Source: Candidatus Latescibacterota bacterium | GTDB taxonomy: Bacteria; Latescibacterota; UBA2968; GCA-2709665 | DNA length: 64,000 bases | Reading direction: 5' to 3' | Assembly: GCA_965203805.1 (NCBI GenBank) | Contig: OZ241917.1 | Location: 576,001-640,000 of the forward strand | Part shown: positions 1 to 9,216 of the stretch, in pieces | How the letters are laid out: every line of letters begins with the position of its first letter | Position numbering within the stretch: position 1 is the first letter of the stretch | The notes under the pieces: generated by a model | Told to the model about the DNA's origin: nothing | The model's input: only the letters and a program-made list of their open reading frames with translations | Databases searched by the model: none | Position numbers and translations under genes: made by a program

Positions 1-959
1 AATATCCAGTCCAGGCGTCCCGAGAGCAGGCCGACGAAAGGCCTGTCGAGAACGGGCTCCTCGAACCAGAGATTGACCGAAAGGATCGGAGAAGGATAGA
101 AGGTATTCAAGCGGGCCTTGAGATCTTCGAAGCCTGCCGGAAGGAGGCGGGCAAGTGCGGGCGGGGTGATTGCGCAGATTGCGGCATCCGCCGTCAATAC
201 CGCGCCCGATCTCAGCCGGATTTCGATCTTTCCGACGTCGGGAATGTTCAGTGCCGCAACGGCATCGCCCACGCGACACCTGCCGCCGCGCCGCTGGATG
301 AAGCTCCTGGCCGCCCCCGTATACATCGCGCTGAGTCCGACGCCCGCATAGCCCATCAGGTTCGAATCCCTGCCCCCGAGAAACGCCGATTTCAGTACGG
401 ACGTCAGGTGGCGGGCCGGGGCCGCATCCGGTTGCTGATTCAGCGCGGAGACGCACAGCGGATCCCAGAACGCACGTCGAATGGCTGGCGATTGCCTGCA
501 CGCCGCCAGCCAGTCGTTCACAGTAAGGCCCGGCGACGTCGGTTCGTTGAGGGCCGATCTGATGTGGCGCAGCCGGAGGACGTCCCCCGTGCCAACCGGC
601 CTGTAACGCATAAAGCCGGCCAGCAGATTGAGGGGAGGCGGCAGTCGCCGGGGAAACGACAGGACGGTGGGCCCCGTGCCGGGTTGGGCAAAGTCCAGAC
701 GGAACTCGTCCTGAAAACGCAAACGGTCCGCGGTCCCGATGGTCTCCAGAAATTCCCGGGTCTTGAAGTAACAGTTCATGAAGAGATGCTGGCCGTTATC
801 CACCGTATCGCCCGTTGCGCGATCGGTGAACGAATACGCCCGCCCGCCCAGGTGTTTTCTGCGTTCGAACAGGCTGACGTCGCACGCGCCGTGCGCCGCG
901 AGGCGAACACCCGCGGCCAGACCGGCAAAGCCGCCGCCGATGACGATCACGCGGCTCAT
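1..959 (-). CDS. hpnE: Hydroxysqualene dehydroxylase HpnE (FAD-dependent), runs off the left window edge
   Basis: Not in the ORF track. Read by hand on the minus strand from ATG at 959 (ATGA overlap with the hpnD stop): MSRVIVIGGGFAGLAAG...GGRAYSF...DNGQHLFMNCY, with GxGxxG dinucleotide-binding and DNGQH motifs; follows hpnC/hpnD. Confidence 0.88.
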   Translation of the reverse strand, partial: MSRVIVIGGGFAGLAAGVRLAAHGACDVSLFERRKHLGGRAYSFTDRATGDTVDNGQHLFMNCYFKTREFLETIGTADRLRFQDEFRLDFAQPGTGPTVLSFPRRLPPPLNLLAGFMRYRPVGTGDVLRLRHIRSALNEPTSPGLTVNDWLAACRQSPAIRRAFWDPLCVSALNQQPDAAPARHLTSVLKSAFLGGRDSNLMGYAGVGLSAMYTGAARSFIQRRGGRCRVGDAVAALNIPDVGKIEIRLRSGAVLTADAAICAITPPALARLLPAGFEDLKARLNTFYPSPILSVNLWFEEPVLDRPFVGLLSGRLDWI

Positions 960-1816
960 ATCGGCTTCTCGTGCGTTCCGACCCGGCTGCGAAGACAGAA
1001 GTCCAGTGCGATGCCCAGCTTTTTCAGGTTGTTCACGCGAATCGGGTATTTGTAAACGTTGTAATTGACAGCTTCGATGCGGCTGAGAAGGCGGCTGTAG
1101 ATGCATCCCATTATTTCCGCCGGAAAGAGGCTTCGCCGATCTTCCTCGGGCAGACATTCCGCCGCTTTCCTGTAATAGCCCCATGCCCGCCGGCACTGGT
1201 ATTCCATCAGGTTGCGAAACCCGGAAGTGGAGACCCCGGCGAAAAGGTCTCTTTCCGTGTAGTCGAATCGTCTCAGATCTTCCAGCGGCAGATAAATGCG
1301 ATCACTCATCGCGTCGGATTTAATGTCCCGAAGGATGTTGGTGAGTTGGAGAGCGATCCCGAGGTTGACCGCGTAGTCCTGAGACGCCCGTTTGGTGTAT
1401 CCGAAGATTTCAATGCAGATGAGACCGACGATGGAGGCGACGCGGTAACAATATTCGTACAATTCGCCGAAGGTCTGGTAGCGGTTTTTGACAAGGTCCA
1501 TCTCTACGCCGTCGATCAGCTCGAGGAAGTGTTCCTTCGGGATATTGAAATGCTTCAGGGCTTTGTGAAGGTTGGCGGTAATCGGGTGCTGCGGTTCGCC
1601 GTCGAAGCAGGCTTGGGTTTCGGCGCGCCAGCTCGACAGGTTTCGGGCTGCGGATTCCCGGGAAGGCGCGTCGTCGACCAGGTCGTCGGTGTGGCGGCTG
1701 AAGGCGTACGTGGCAATGATGGCGTCACGCTTGGTTCTGGGCAGGAAAACGAACGCGTAGTAAAAGTTACTCTGCGCCTTGCGCACGAGCGCCGAGGTGT
1801 AGGATCTGATATTCAT
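956..1816 (-). CDS. hpnD: Presqualene diphosphate synthase HpnD (squalene/phytoene synthase family)
   Basis: SNFYYAF, DDLVD, YCYRVAS, LQLTNILRD, RIYLP motifs; lies between hpnC and hpnE. Confidence 0.88.
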   Translation of the reverse strand: MNIRSYTSALVRKAQSNFYYAFVFLPRTKRDAIIATYAFSRHTDDLVDDAPSRESAARNLSSWRAETQACFDGEPQHPITANLHKALKHFNIPKEHFLELIDGVEMDLVKNRYQTFGELYEYCYRVASIVGLICIEIFGYTKRASQDYAVNLGIALQLTNILRDIKSDAMSDRIYLPLEDLRRFDYTERDLFAGVSTSGFRNLMEYQCRRAWGYYRKAAECLPEEDRRSLFPAEIMGCIYSRLLSRIEAVNYNVYKYPIRVNNLKKLGIALDFCLRSRVGTHEKPI

Positions 1817-2742
1817 ACGGCAGGCGAACGGGAATCGCGGCTCCGTCGCGGATTCCAGAATAGGGCGTGGAAAAACAGACCGACAATATCCCTTTTTTCA
1901 ATGGTCGGGCGTGGACGGAAAATGTCGTAGTCATTGGCGCGGATTTTGTCGAGGATCTTCAAGCCGCCCAGGCAGGTCAGCCGGAGTTCGTATTTGAGCC
2001 GGCCGGATACGAGGTCCGGCAGTTCGGACCCCTTCTCGAACAGGGTTCTGGTGCGGTCGACCTCACAGGCCATCAGGGCTTTGAAGCCGTCCGTGAGCCG
2101 CTGTCGGGCCAGGTCGCTCTCTGTGACGCCGAACCGGTCCATGTCGTCCTGGGGCAGGTAGATGCGCCCGCGGCAGAAGTCGATTGCAGCGTCCTGCCAG
2201 AAGTTGGCCAGCTGGAGTGCCGTACAGATCAAGTCTGAATGATACCGCCGGCGTTCGTCCGAATGGGAAAACAGATGCAGAATGAGGCGACCCACCGGCG
2301 CTGCGGAGTACCGGCAGTAGGCCAGCAGATGGTTGAACGTCCGGTGCCTGTTCGTGATCACGTCCATCTTGAACGCATGGAGCAGATCGTGCAGATGTTG
2401 GCGGGGGATCCGCTGCGAACGGATCGTCTCGCCCAGGGCCGTCAGAATTGGGCCTTCCGGTGAATCCGTACACCTGGCGAGCTTCGCGTCCCAGTCGTCC
2501 AGCCGCCGTGTGCGTTCGACAGGGTCCAGGCCGGGTTCGTCGGCCCAGTCGTCGGCCGTGCGCGCAAAGGCATAGATGCTGTAGACATGCGGTCGTATCC
2601 TGGCGGGGATGAGGCGGGAACCCACCGGAAAATTCTCGTAGTGGCTTCGTGTCAACGACTCGCAATAGGCGAAGGCGTCCGCGAGTGACGCACTTGAATT
2701 TGCGCGCGTCTGTGAGGCCGCTCGTCCGGTATCGGGTTCCAT
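1813..2742 (-). CDS. hpnC: Squalene synthase HpnC
   Basis: HYENFPVGS, YAFARTADDWADE, LQLANFWQD, GRIYLP motifs. Start moved from the ORF-track 3093 to ATG 2742, because the longer form overlaps the divergent gene. Confidence 0.88.
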   Translation of the reverse strand: MEPDTGRAASQTRANSSASLADAFAYCESLTRSHYENFPVGSRLIPARIRPHVYSIYAFARTADDWADEPGLDPVERTRRLDDWDAKLARCTDSPEGPILTALGETIRSQRIPRQHLHDLLHAFKMDVITNRHRTFNHLLAYCRYSAAPVGRLILHLFSHSDERRRYHSDLICTALQLANFWQDAAIDFCRGRIYLPQDDMDRFGVTESDLARQRLTDGFKALMACEVDRTRTLFEKGSELPDLVSGRLKYELRLTCLGGLKILDKIRANDYDIFRPRPTIEKRDIVGLFFHALFWNPRRSRDSRSPAV

Positions 2743-2838
2743 GCAAAAAAGATAATTGAAATGATTCGACTCCGCCAGCCCTTGTATCCGAGAAGAAGCG
2801 GGTTCTGACGGTATGCTTTTGGCAAAGGGGACTCCTGA

Positions 2839-3450
2839 ATGAACGAACGAACGCGCGCGTCCACACGGCCTCGGGTGATACCACCGGCAAGAGATGACGA
2901 GAAGCAACACCAGGTCCACGTCTATTTCGGGTACGGCAAGGGGAAGACGACGTGTTGTGTGGGGTTGGCAATCCGTGTCCTGGGCGCCGGCGGGCGAGTC
3001 GCACTCGTACAGTTCGACAAGGGGTACGACGGAGAAGACGAACATTACTCGGAGCGGCACGTGTTGCGGGAACTGGACGGCGTCGAGTTGCATCCCACGG
3101 GATGTGAGCGCATGATGCCGGACGGGACGTTTCGATTCGGCGCGGAGCCGCAGGACATTGCGGAGGCCCGGCGCGGGCTCGGCATCGCCCGGGAGCGGCT
3201 GCTGGACGGCACGCTGGATCTGCTGATTCTGGACGAGGTCCTGGCCGCAGTCGCCTATGGACTGCTGCAGCGGCCGGACGTGATGGGTCTTCTGGACCTG
3301 TACGACGAAGACCGCCGGTGCGAACTGGTGCTTTCAGGGCACAAGGTCTGGGACGCGCTCGTCGCCCGTGTTGATCTGGCGACCGAGATGCGCAAGGTGA
3401 AGCACTACTACGCGAAAGGGGTTCCCGCAAGGAAGGGAATCGAATTCTAG
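2839..3450 (+). CDS. cobO: Cob(I)yrinic acid a,c-diamide adenosyltransferase (CobA/CobO/BtuR family)
   Basis: Inverted P-loop YFGYGKGKTT, VQFDKG, LLILDE, ELVLSG, KHYY..GVPARKGIEF C-terminus. Confidence 0.88.
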   Translation: MNERTRASTRPRVIPPARDDEKQHQVHVYFGYGKGKTTCCVGLAIRVLGAGGRVALVQFDKGYDGEDEHYSERHVLRELDGVELHPTGCERMMPDGTFRFGAEPQDIAEARRGLGIARERLLDGTLDLLILDEVLAAVAYGLLQRPDVMGLLDLYDEDRRCELVLSGHKVWDALVARVDLATEMRKVKHYYAKGVPARKGIEF

Positions 3451-3640
3451 TGTGCTGAGGGGTGGCCACGAGAGCCGCAACCGGTGTGCATCCGTTGCCG
3501 GCAACGGGTCCCTGGGAGGCTCGAAGGAATGCCGGTCGCCGGCGGCAGAGAGGCTTTTTTGTGCCGAGGGTATCGGGAAAGTATTTGTTTCACGCTGCCT
3601 GCGCATTTATCTTGGGGCCGTTTCGAATTCTGCGTTGTGG

Positions 3641-3688
3641 TCCAGAAAAAAGACCCCCGGATCTATGTTCCTGAGGTCTTTTTTTGGA
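3641..3688. terminator. Probable intrinsic (possibly bidirectional) terminator
   Basis: TCCAGAAAAAAGACC...GGTCTTTTTTTGGA inverted repeat with A- and T-tracts downstream of cobO. Confidence 0.6.
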
Positions 3689-3841
3689 TAGAATCAGGCG
3701 ATCCGTTCAATCGTCGCCCGGCGCTCGAACCTCGAGCCGTTCAAAGCGGTTCACGCGTTCCACGACCCCCTGAATCCGGTTCCCTTCAGCCCTGCGCGAG
3801 GATCCGGTGCCGATTGTCCAGAATTGGAGTGATACCCGCGA

Positions 3842-6241
3842 ATGCTGGACAACAATCTCATTCCCGACAGCCGGGTCGGGATCATCGGAACTGCCGCGCC
3901 CGACGTCGCGTCCCTCTGGGACGGCAACATGGAAACCGCGGTAAAATGGCCGTCTGTGTCCGGAGAATGTGGGTTCGAGGTCCGGTTCGACGGCCATTTC
4001 GATTGTCAGGCGGTGGTGCTGAGGTGGCAGGCGATGCCCGCGGACTACGATGTCGCCGTCCGCACGTCACATACGTGGCAGGCGGTGGATGCGGTTCGAA
4101 ACAACGTGGTACTCGGGCCCAGGGTGAAACTGCATCTGCTCGAAGATGTCCGGACCGACGGGCTGCGGGTCCGGATATTGCAACCCGTAGGCGAAGACCT
4201 GCACGGCAGAAAGGCAGACCCGGGCGGAGCTGTCGCTCTGTACGGGGTGGAGGCGTATGCCGCGAATCGTCTACCGGCATATATCCAGTCATTTCTGGAT
4301 CGGGACTCCCCGGGTCTGGTGACCATCCAGGACGGACGGTCGCGGCGCTGCCGCGAGACGCCGGACCCTTCCCTGTTGGATGCCTCGGTCCCCATCTGGG
4401 AGCCCATCCCGAAGCGGCTTTACAACGGGCAGCAGACAGGGCGGGAGGTCAACGAAAAGGATTCCGCGAGACGCGCGGCGCTTCAGGGTTGCGCCAATGC
4501 CTTTGCAACAACGGGCGACCCGCGGTATGCCTTGAAGGCGCGGGAGGGTTTGCTGGCAAACATAGCCCATTATGACCGGTACCAGTCGTTCCGGTTCACC
4601 GGAATAGACTGGAAAGCCGTCACCTTCCAGGATCCGGCGTATAACCTGAGGGAGATGATGGGGGCGTACGACCTGCTCGTCGGGTCACCGCACCTTGGGT
4701 TTACGGATCGACTGCGTTTCCTGTTTTTTCTGTTGGATCTTGGCGAGTTCCAGTACCTGGCGATGAGGGACCGGTTCGTCGCGCGCGAGAACTGGGCCTC
4801 CTGTTCTCTGGCAGAGATGGTCTTTCTGGCGTACTATCTGCAGGGCTTTCCGGAGGCGCGCCGATGGCTGAAGTTGGCCGATGAGCTGTACGGGTCCTGT
4901 TTCGAGCCCTTCCTGGACGATGGATACTGGTGGGAATGTTCGCCTTCGCACACGGTTTACATGATCCGGGGGATGTGCAGGTACGCGCTGGGCAGGCATC
5001 TGTTGGGAGACCCGATGTGGTCGAAAGCGTACAACGGGAAGTCGCTGGAGTACGTTCTCGAGGCGTTGTGCAAGACCATGACACCCTTTGGGGAGATCCC
5101 ATCCATCAACGACTCCAACGGGAACGACGGCCGTCTGCTGACGGACTATCCGGAACTCCGGGTACCGCTTTACCTGATCGGGCGCGGGGACCTGTTGCGG
5201 ATGGCGGGGGACACCGGGCCGGCGCCGTCCATGCGCGGGGTAGCGATCAAGCCCGTCCGGCAGGAGGATCCTCCCTATTCCTCGGCGATGTTGCCCGACG
5301 CCGGGCTGGCGGTGATGCGCGACGGGTGGACCCGGGAAGACGCGTATCTGATTCTCGATTTCGGGCCTCACGGAGGCGGACACGGGCACCCCGACAAGCT
5401 GAGCTTCGTGATGTTCGCCAACGGGCACCACTGGATTCCGGACGCATCGAATTCGCCGCATTACAGCATCTTCCCGGAGCAGCACACTTGGCACAAGCAG
5501 ACCATTTCGCACAATACCGTGCTGGTGAATGACCGGAGCCAGAACGAGTGCACCGGTCAACTGGTATTCTGGCACACCGATGGCGACATCGATATCGTCA
5601 GCGCGAATCATAGCGAAGGCTACGAAGGCGTCGTGCACCGCCGTACAATCGTCCATCCGCGGCGTGGATATTTTCTCATCCACGACGTACTCGATACCGA
5701 AGGCGACGGATTCGACCTGGACTGGCTGTTGCACGTCAATGGCGAGGTCGAATCGCAGGCGTCCGGCCGGGTGTGCTTCCGAAACGGGAATGGAAATCAA
5801 CGGCTGTTGTGGCTTTCTGAAGATATCGGATCCGCGCCTCTGCCCGTTCACCGCGGCCTGTGCGGCGGATTTCGGAAGCGGGCCTGGAAAGGCCGGGGGT
5901 ACCCGCCCAAAGGGGGGCCGGGCTGGGTCTATATTCCGTATTTCCGCCTGCCGAAGCGGATTGAGCCGGGCGGCGGACGCGCCGAGTATTTCTGCGTTCT
6001 GTATCCATTTGCCGGACACGTACCGGACGTGGTCGTCGACCGCGTCGTCGACGGGCAGGGGCGGGCGTCCGGAATCAGAATCGCCCACGAAGGCATAGTG
6101 GATGTCTACGCCGGCGCCGCGCCAGGCTACGACGCCGGACGGCATGGCGCCTTTATGTGCGGCGATATAACCGGACGTTCCAGAGCCGTATTCGAGCGGC
6201 GGGCCGAGACAGGCGCGGTCTATCGCAAGGAATGCGACTGA
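3842..6241 (+). CDS. Heparinase II/III-like (oligo-alginate lyase-type) protein with a possible N-terminal discoidin-like domain
   Basis: ENW, DDGYWWE.S..H, GPHGGGHGHPDKLSF and SHNTVLVN motifs; no obvious signal peptide. Confidence 0.72.
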   Translation: MLDNNLIPDSRVGIIGTAAPDVASLWDGNMETAVKWPSVSGECGFEVRFDGHFDCQAVVLRWQAMPADYDVAVRTSHTWQAVDAVRNNVVLGPRVKLHLLEDVRTDGLRVRILQPVGEDLHGRKADPGGAVALYGVEAYAANRLPAYIQSFLDRDSPGLVTIQDGRSRRCRETPDPSLLDASVPIWEPIPKRLYNGQQTGREVNEKDSARRAALQGCANAFATTGDPRYALKAREGLLANIAHYDRYQSFRFTGIDWKAVTFQDPAYNLREMMGAYDLLVGSPHLGFTDRLRFLFFLLDLGEFQYLAMRDRFVARENWASCSLAEMVFLAYYLQGFPEARRWLKLADELYGSCFEPFLDDGYWWECSPSHTVYMIRGMCRYALGRHLLGDPMWSKAYNGKSLEYVLEALCKTMTPFGEIPSINDSNGNDGRLLTDYPELRVPLYLIGRGDLLRMAGDTGPAPSMRGVAIKPVRQEDPPYSSAMLPDAGLAVMRDGWTREDAYLILDFGPHGGGHGHPDKLSFVMFANGHHWIPDASNSPHYSIFPEQHTWHKQTISHNTVLVNDRSQNECTGQLVFWHTDGDIDIVSANHSEGYEGVVHRRTIVHPRRGYFLIHDVLDTEGDGFDLDWLLHVNGEVESQASGRVCFRNGNGNQRLLWLSEDIGSAPLPVHRGLCGGFRKRAWKGRGYPPKGGPGWVYIPYFRLPKRIEPGGGRAEYFCVLYPFAGHVPDVVVDRVVDGQGRASGIRIAHEGIVDVYAGAAPGYDAGRHGAFMCGDITGRSRAVFERRAETGAVYRKECD

Positions 6242-6331
6242 TCGCCCGGCGGGCTTCGGGGTACGCTCGGAGGTGTTCCGAAGGGCAAAGCGCCGGTTTG
6301 GCCCGGGAGGGGCCGGCCGCGGGAGAGGAGG

Positions 6332-7126
6332 ATGTGCGTTTTGGACAGCGAACACGTTTTTGCAGGGCTGGACGGCCGGCAGCGGCCCGGAAAGCCCCGC
6401 GATACAGGGTTGACCATGATGGTGGACTGGGGTCTTGGGTCGGGGGCGCAGTCTGATTTGATTGAGACCGCGGCCCCCTTTTTTGATTTCGCGAAGGTTG
6501 CCGTCGGCATTTCGAGGCTCCTGGCCAGCGATGTTCTCAAGACGAAAATACGTCGCTATCTGGATGCCGGAATCGAACCGTTTCCGGGGGGCCAGTACCT
6601 GGAATATGCCGAGGTTCAAGGAAAGGCGGACCTCTATCTTCCCGCTGTGGCCGCGGCCGGCTATCGCTGGGTCGAAGTGTCGGACAACCTGGCGGTGGTG
6701 AGCCACGAATGGAAGCTGAAGATGATCCGGCAGGCGGTTTCTTCATATGGACTGATGGTGTTGGGGGAAGTAGGGCAGAAGGAGGGATTGGACGCCGGCA
6801 TTCCCCTCGCCGACGACGTTATGGCGAGTCTCGACGCGGGCTCTCGCATCGTTCTGCTGGAAGCGGCCGAACTGGTCGACGACGATGCCGACACGGCGAG
6901 GCAGGTGTCGCAGGCCGTGGAGGCCGCCGGTCTTGAAAACGTCATGTTCGAATTGCCGGGGCCATGGATCGCCGGGGTGAACCCGCACGACGTGCACCGG
7001 ATGCGGCGCACCCTGGTGGACCGGTACGGTCGGGAGGTGAACCTGGGCAACGTGCTGCCGGACGATCTGATGACACTGGAAGCCTATCGCCGGGGACTGG
7101 GCGTAAATGCGGGGAGTGACCAATGA
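6332..7126 (+). CDS. comA: Phosphosulfolactate synthase (ComA) family protein
   Basis: KPRDTGLTMMVDWG, DFAKVAVG, FPGG..LE, VEVSD, GEVGQK, FELP, VNLGNV, LEAYRRGL motifs. Confidence 0.82.
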   Translation: MCVLDSEHVFAGLDGRQRPGKPRDTGLTMMVDWGLGSGAQSDLIETAAPFFDFAKVAVGISRLLASDVLKTKIRRYLDAGIEPFPGGQYLEYAEVQGKADLYLPAVAAAGYRWVEVSDNLAVVSHEWKLKMIRQAVSSYGLMVLGEVGQKEGLDAGIPLADDVMASLDAGSRIVLLEAAELVDDDADTARQVSQAVEAAGLENVMFELPGPWIAGVNPHDVHRMRRTLVDRYGREVNLGNVLPDDLMTLEAYRRGLGVNAGSDQ

Positions 7127-8307
7127 GACTTGTGGATGCCGGCGCCGGAATCCGGATCGACGACGAGTTTCCATGCAGCAGCGCGGGAGAGATGCGGATC
7201 TCCGGCGACAGCAGCTACGAAATCGGGTACCAGCCCGAGGAGATCCCGCAATGGTTTCAGGATCTGCTGGATGAGCTGTTCGGCGGGGCGGGGGTCCCGA
7301 AAGAATACATGGCCCACGTGCGGGTGCGAAACCAGGGCGATGCCGCGCGGCGGGTGAAGCTCCGGTTTCTGTTGAGCAGGAAGGGGTCCAACTATATGTA
7401 TCCGCCGTGGTGGGTGTGGCGGCAGGAGACGGGATGGGCGTGGCTGGCGCCTGAAGATATGGACTTCCACGAGCATGAATTCATGGATGCCGGCCTGGTT
7501 GTCCATCCGGGCGAAGCCGTTCGCGTCGCTTCGGCGCCCTATGAGACGCCGGATGCGGTGCTCGAGAAGGCGCGGCGTCTGGCGGAAAGTTCCAACGTCT
7601 GGACCTGCCGGGAGATCGGGACATCCGCGGAGGGGCGAGTCCTTCCCGTTCTCGAGTCGCCGCCGCGCGAACTGAAACTCCTGGTGGACGCGACCATGCA
7701 GTCCTGCGAGCCGGTATCGTGGGGGATTATGCACGTCGCGCACTGGCTGACCCTCCCCACGGCACGCGCGCAACGGCTTCTGGAACACGTGCAGTTCTGC
7801 CTCATGCCGATGCTGAATCCGGATGGTGTGTTCGCGGGCCGCAGCGTGACCAACGCGGTTGGCGAGGTGCCCAAGTTCGGGATCAACAACCTCGTTGAAG
7901 GAAGAGGCGCTCCAAGGGAAACCGAAGCCCTCTGGAATTATCTGCTGGACACCCGGCCGGATGCGTCGATCGAGGTGCATGCCCACTTTACGCGGGAGGG
8001 GTTTACCCGGAGCATCGGCATGCACGACAAGGACTCCATGCCGCGGGAACTGCGCGAAAAAGGCGCCGTCGTCGAGGCGGCGATCGTGGAGAATTATCAC
8101 GTTCCGCCCCTGGAGAACCGGCAGGTACTGATCGATCCCAGGGAGCCGGAGCTCAATGTCTACGGCGACCGCTACGTCAGCGAGCACGCGGGCACGATCC
8201 GGACGTTTCTTCAGGCTGTCCCCGATAGCATCGAATCCCATTGCGCCGACGTGAGAGAGATGACGGAGACCATCGCGAACGCCCTGATTTCGTGGAAGGC
8301 GCGCTGA
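7123..8307 (+). CDS. M14 zinc carboxypeptidase-like protein (active site appears degenerate)
   Basis: IGTSAEGR.LP, PMLNPDG and IEVH motifs; ATGA overlap with comA. Confidence 0.6.
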   Translation: MRLVDAGAGIRIDDEFPCSSAGEMRISGDSSYEIGYQPEEIPQWFQDLLDELFGGAGVPKEYMAHVRVRNQGDAARRVKLRFLLSRKGSNYMYPPWWVWRQETGWAWLAPEDMDFHEHEFMDAGLVVHPGEAVRVASAPYETPDAVLEKARRLAESSNVWTCREIGTSAEGRVLPVLESPPRELKLLVDATMQSCEPVSWGIMHVAHWLTLPTARAQRLLEHVQFCLMPMLNPDGVFAGRSVTNAVGEVPKFGINNLVEGRGAPRETEALWNYLLDTRPDASIEVHAHFTREGFTRSIGMHDKDSMPRELREKGAVVEAAIVENYHVPPLENRQVLIDPREPELNVYGDRYVSEHAGTIRTFLQAVPDSIESHCADVREMTETIANALISWKAR

Positions 8308-8376
8308 ATACGGCGCCGGAGAACGGCGCCGCGCCGACGAGGGAGTCTCACACCGGCTTATCACGAGGAGAGGACC

Positions 8377-9168
8377 ATGAAAATTGGCGTGACGCAGATC
8401 ATTCTGGGCCGGCTTTCGCTGGACGAAACCCTGGAACTGTGCGGAACTGCGGGTTACGAGGCCCTGGAACTGGTATTCAGCGACGGCGGCGACCCCGACG
8501 TGAATATGAGCGACGAAGAGATCCGAACGGTGCGTCGGAAATGCGATGCCGCCGGCCTGGAAATCGGCAGTTCGATCGCGCAATACCGGGATCGCGGGAA
8601 CTTTCTCAGCCCGAAGTCGGGCGACCGCGAGCAGGGCGTCAGGTGTCTTGCGCGGTCCATTGAAATCGCGCACGTTCTGGGAGTCGACGCGGTACTGCTG
8701 CACCCCGGACAGCTCACAGCCGGGGGGACGTACGACCAGGCCTGGGACCTGATGCTGGGCGCAATCCGGGACCTGGCGCCGTTTGCCGAGGAGAAGGGTG
8801 TCTCGGTGGGCATTGAGAACGTATGGAACAAGTTCCTGCTGAGTCCGCGGGAGATGGCGGCGTTTGTGGATGCGGTCGGGAGCCCGCGGGTGGGCACGTA
8901 CCTCGACACCGCGAATATGATGGCCTACGGCTTTCCGGAGCACTGGATTCGAGGCCTCGGGAGTCGTATCGTACGCGTGCATTTCAAGGATTTCAGCCGC
9001 GGCGAACACCGGTTCGTGGATCTCATGGACGGCGATACCGACTGGCCCGCGCTGATGGCCGAGCTGCGCGCAATCGGCTATCGCTCTCCGGTGGTCCACG
9101 AAGTATCGGGGAATCGCGAGGCGCAGATCGAGACGGCAAGGCGGATGAAGAAGATCGTGGCGATGTAA
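8377..9168 (+). CDS. Sugar phosphate isomerase/epimerase (xylose isomerase-like TIM barrel)
   Basis: IENVWNKFLLSP, YLDTAN, VHFKDF motifs; GGAGAGG RBS. Confidence 0.85.
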   Translation: MKIGVTQIILGRLSLDETLELCGTAGYEALELVFSDGGDPDVNMSDEEIRTVRRKCDAAGLEIGSSIAQYRDRGNFLSPKSGDREQGVRCLARSIEIAHVLGVDAVLLHPGQLTAGGTYDQAWDLMLGAIRDLAPFAEEKGVSVGIENVWNKFLLSPREMAAFVDAVGSPRVGTYLDTANMMAYGFPEHWIRGLGSRIVRVHFKDFSRGEHRFVDLMDGDTDWPALMAELRAIGYRSPVVHEVSGNREAQIETARRMKKIVAM

Positions 9169-9216
9169 TTGCAATGACGGGCGCATCGGGTGCGGGTTTG
9201 AGGATCCATTGCCCTG

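Noticed and set aside
3451-3841. Possible cobalamin riboswitch near the adenosyltransferase gene
   Set aside because: The region is downstream of cobO and no B12-box or GGGAA/GCCACTG consensus was found; only terminator-like hairpins.
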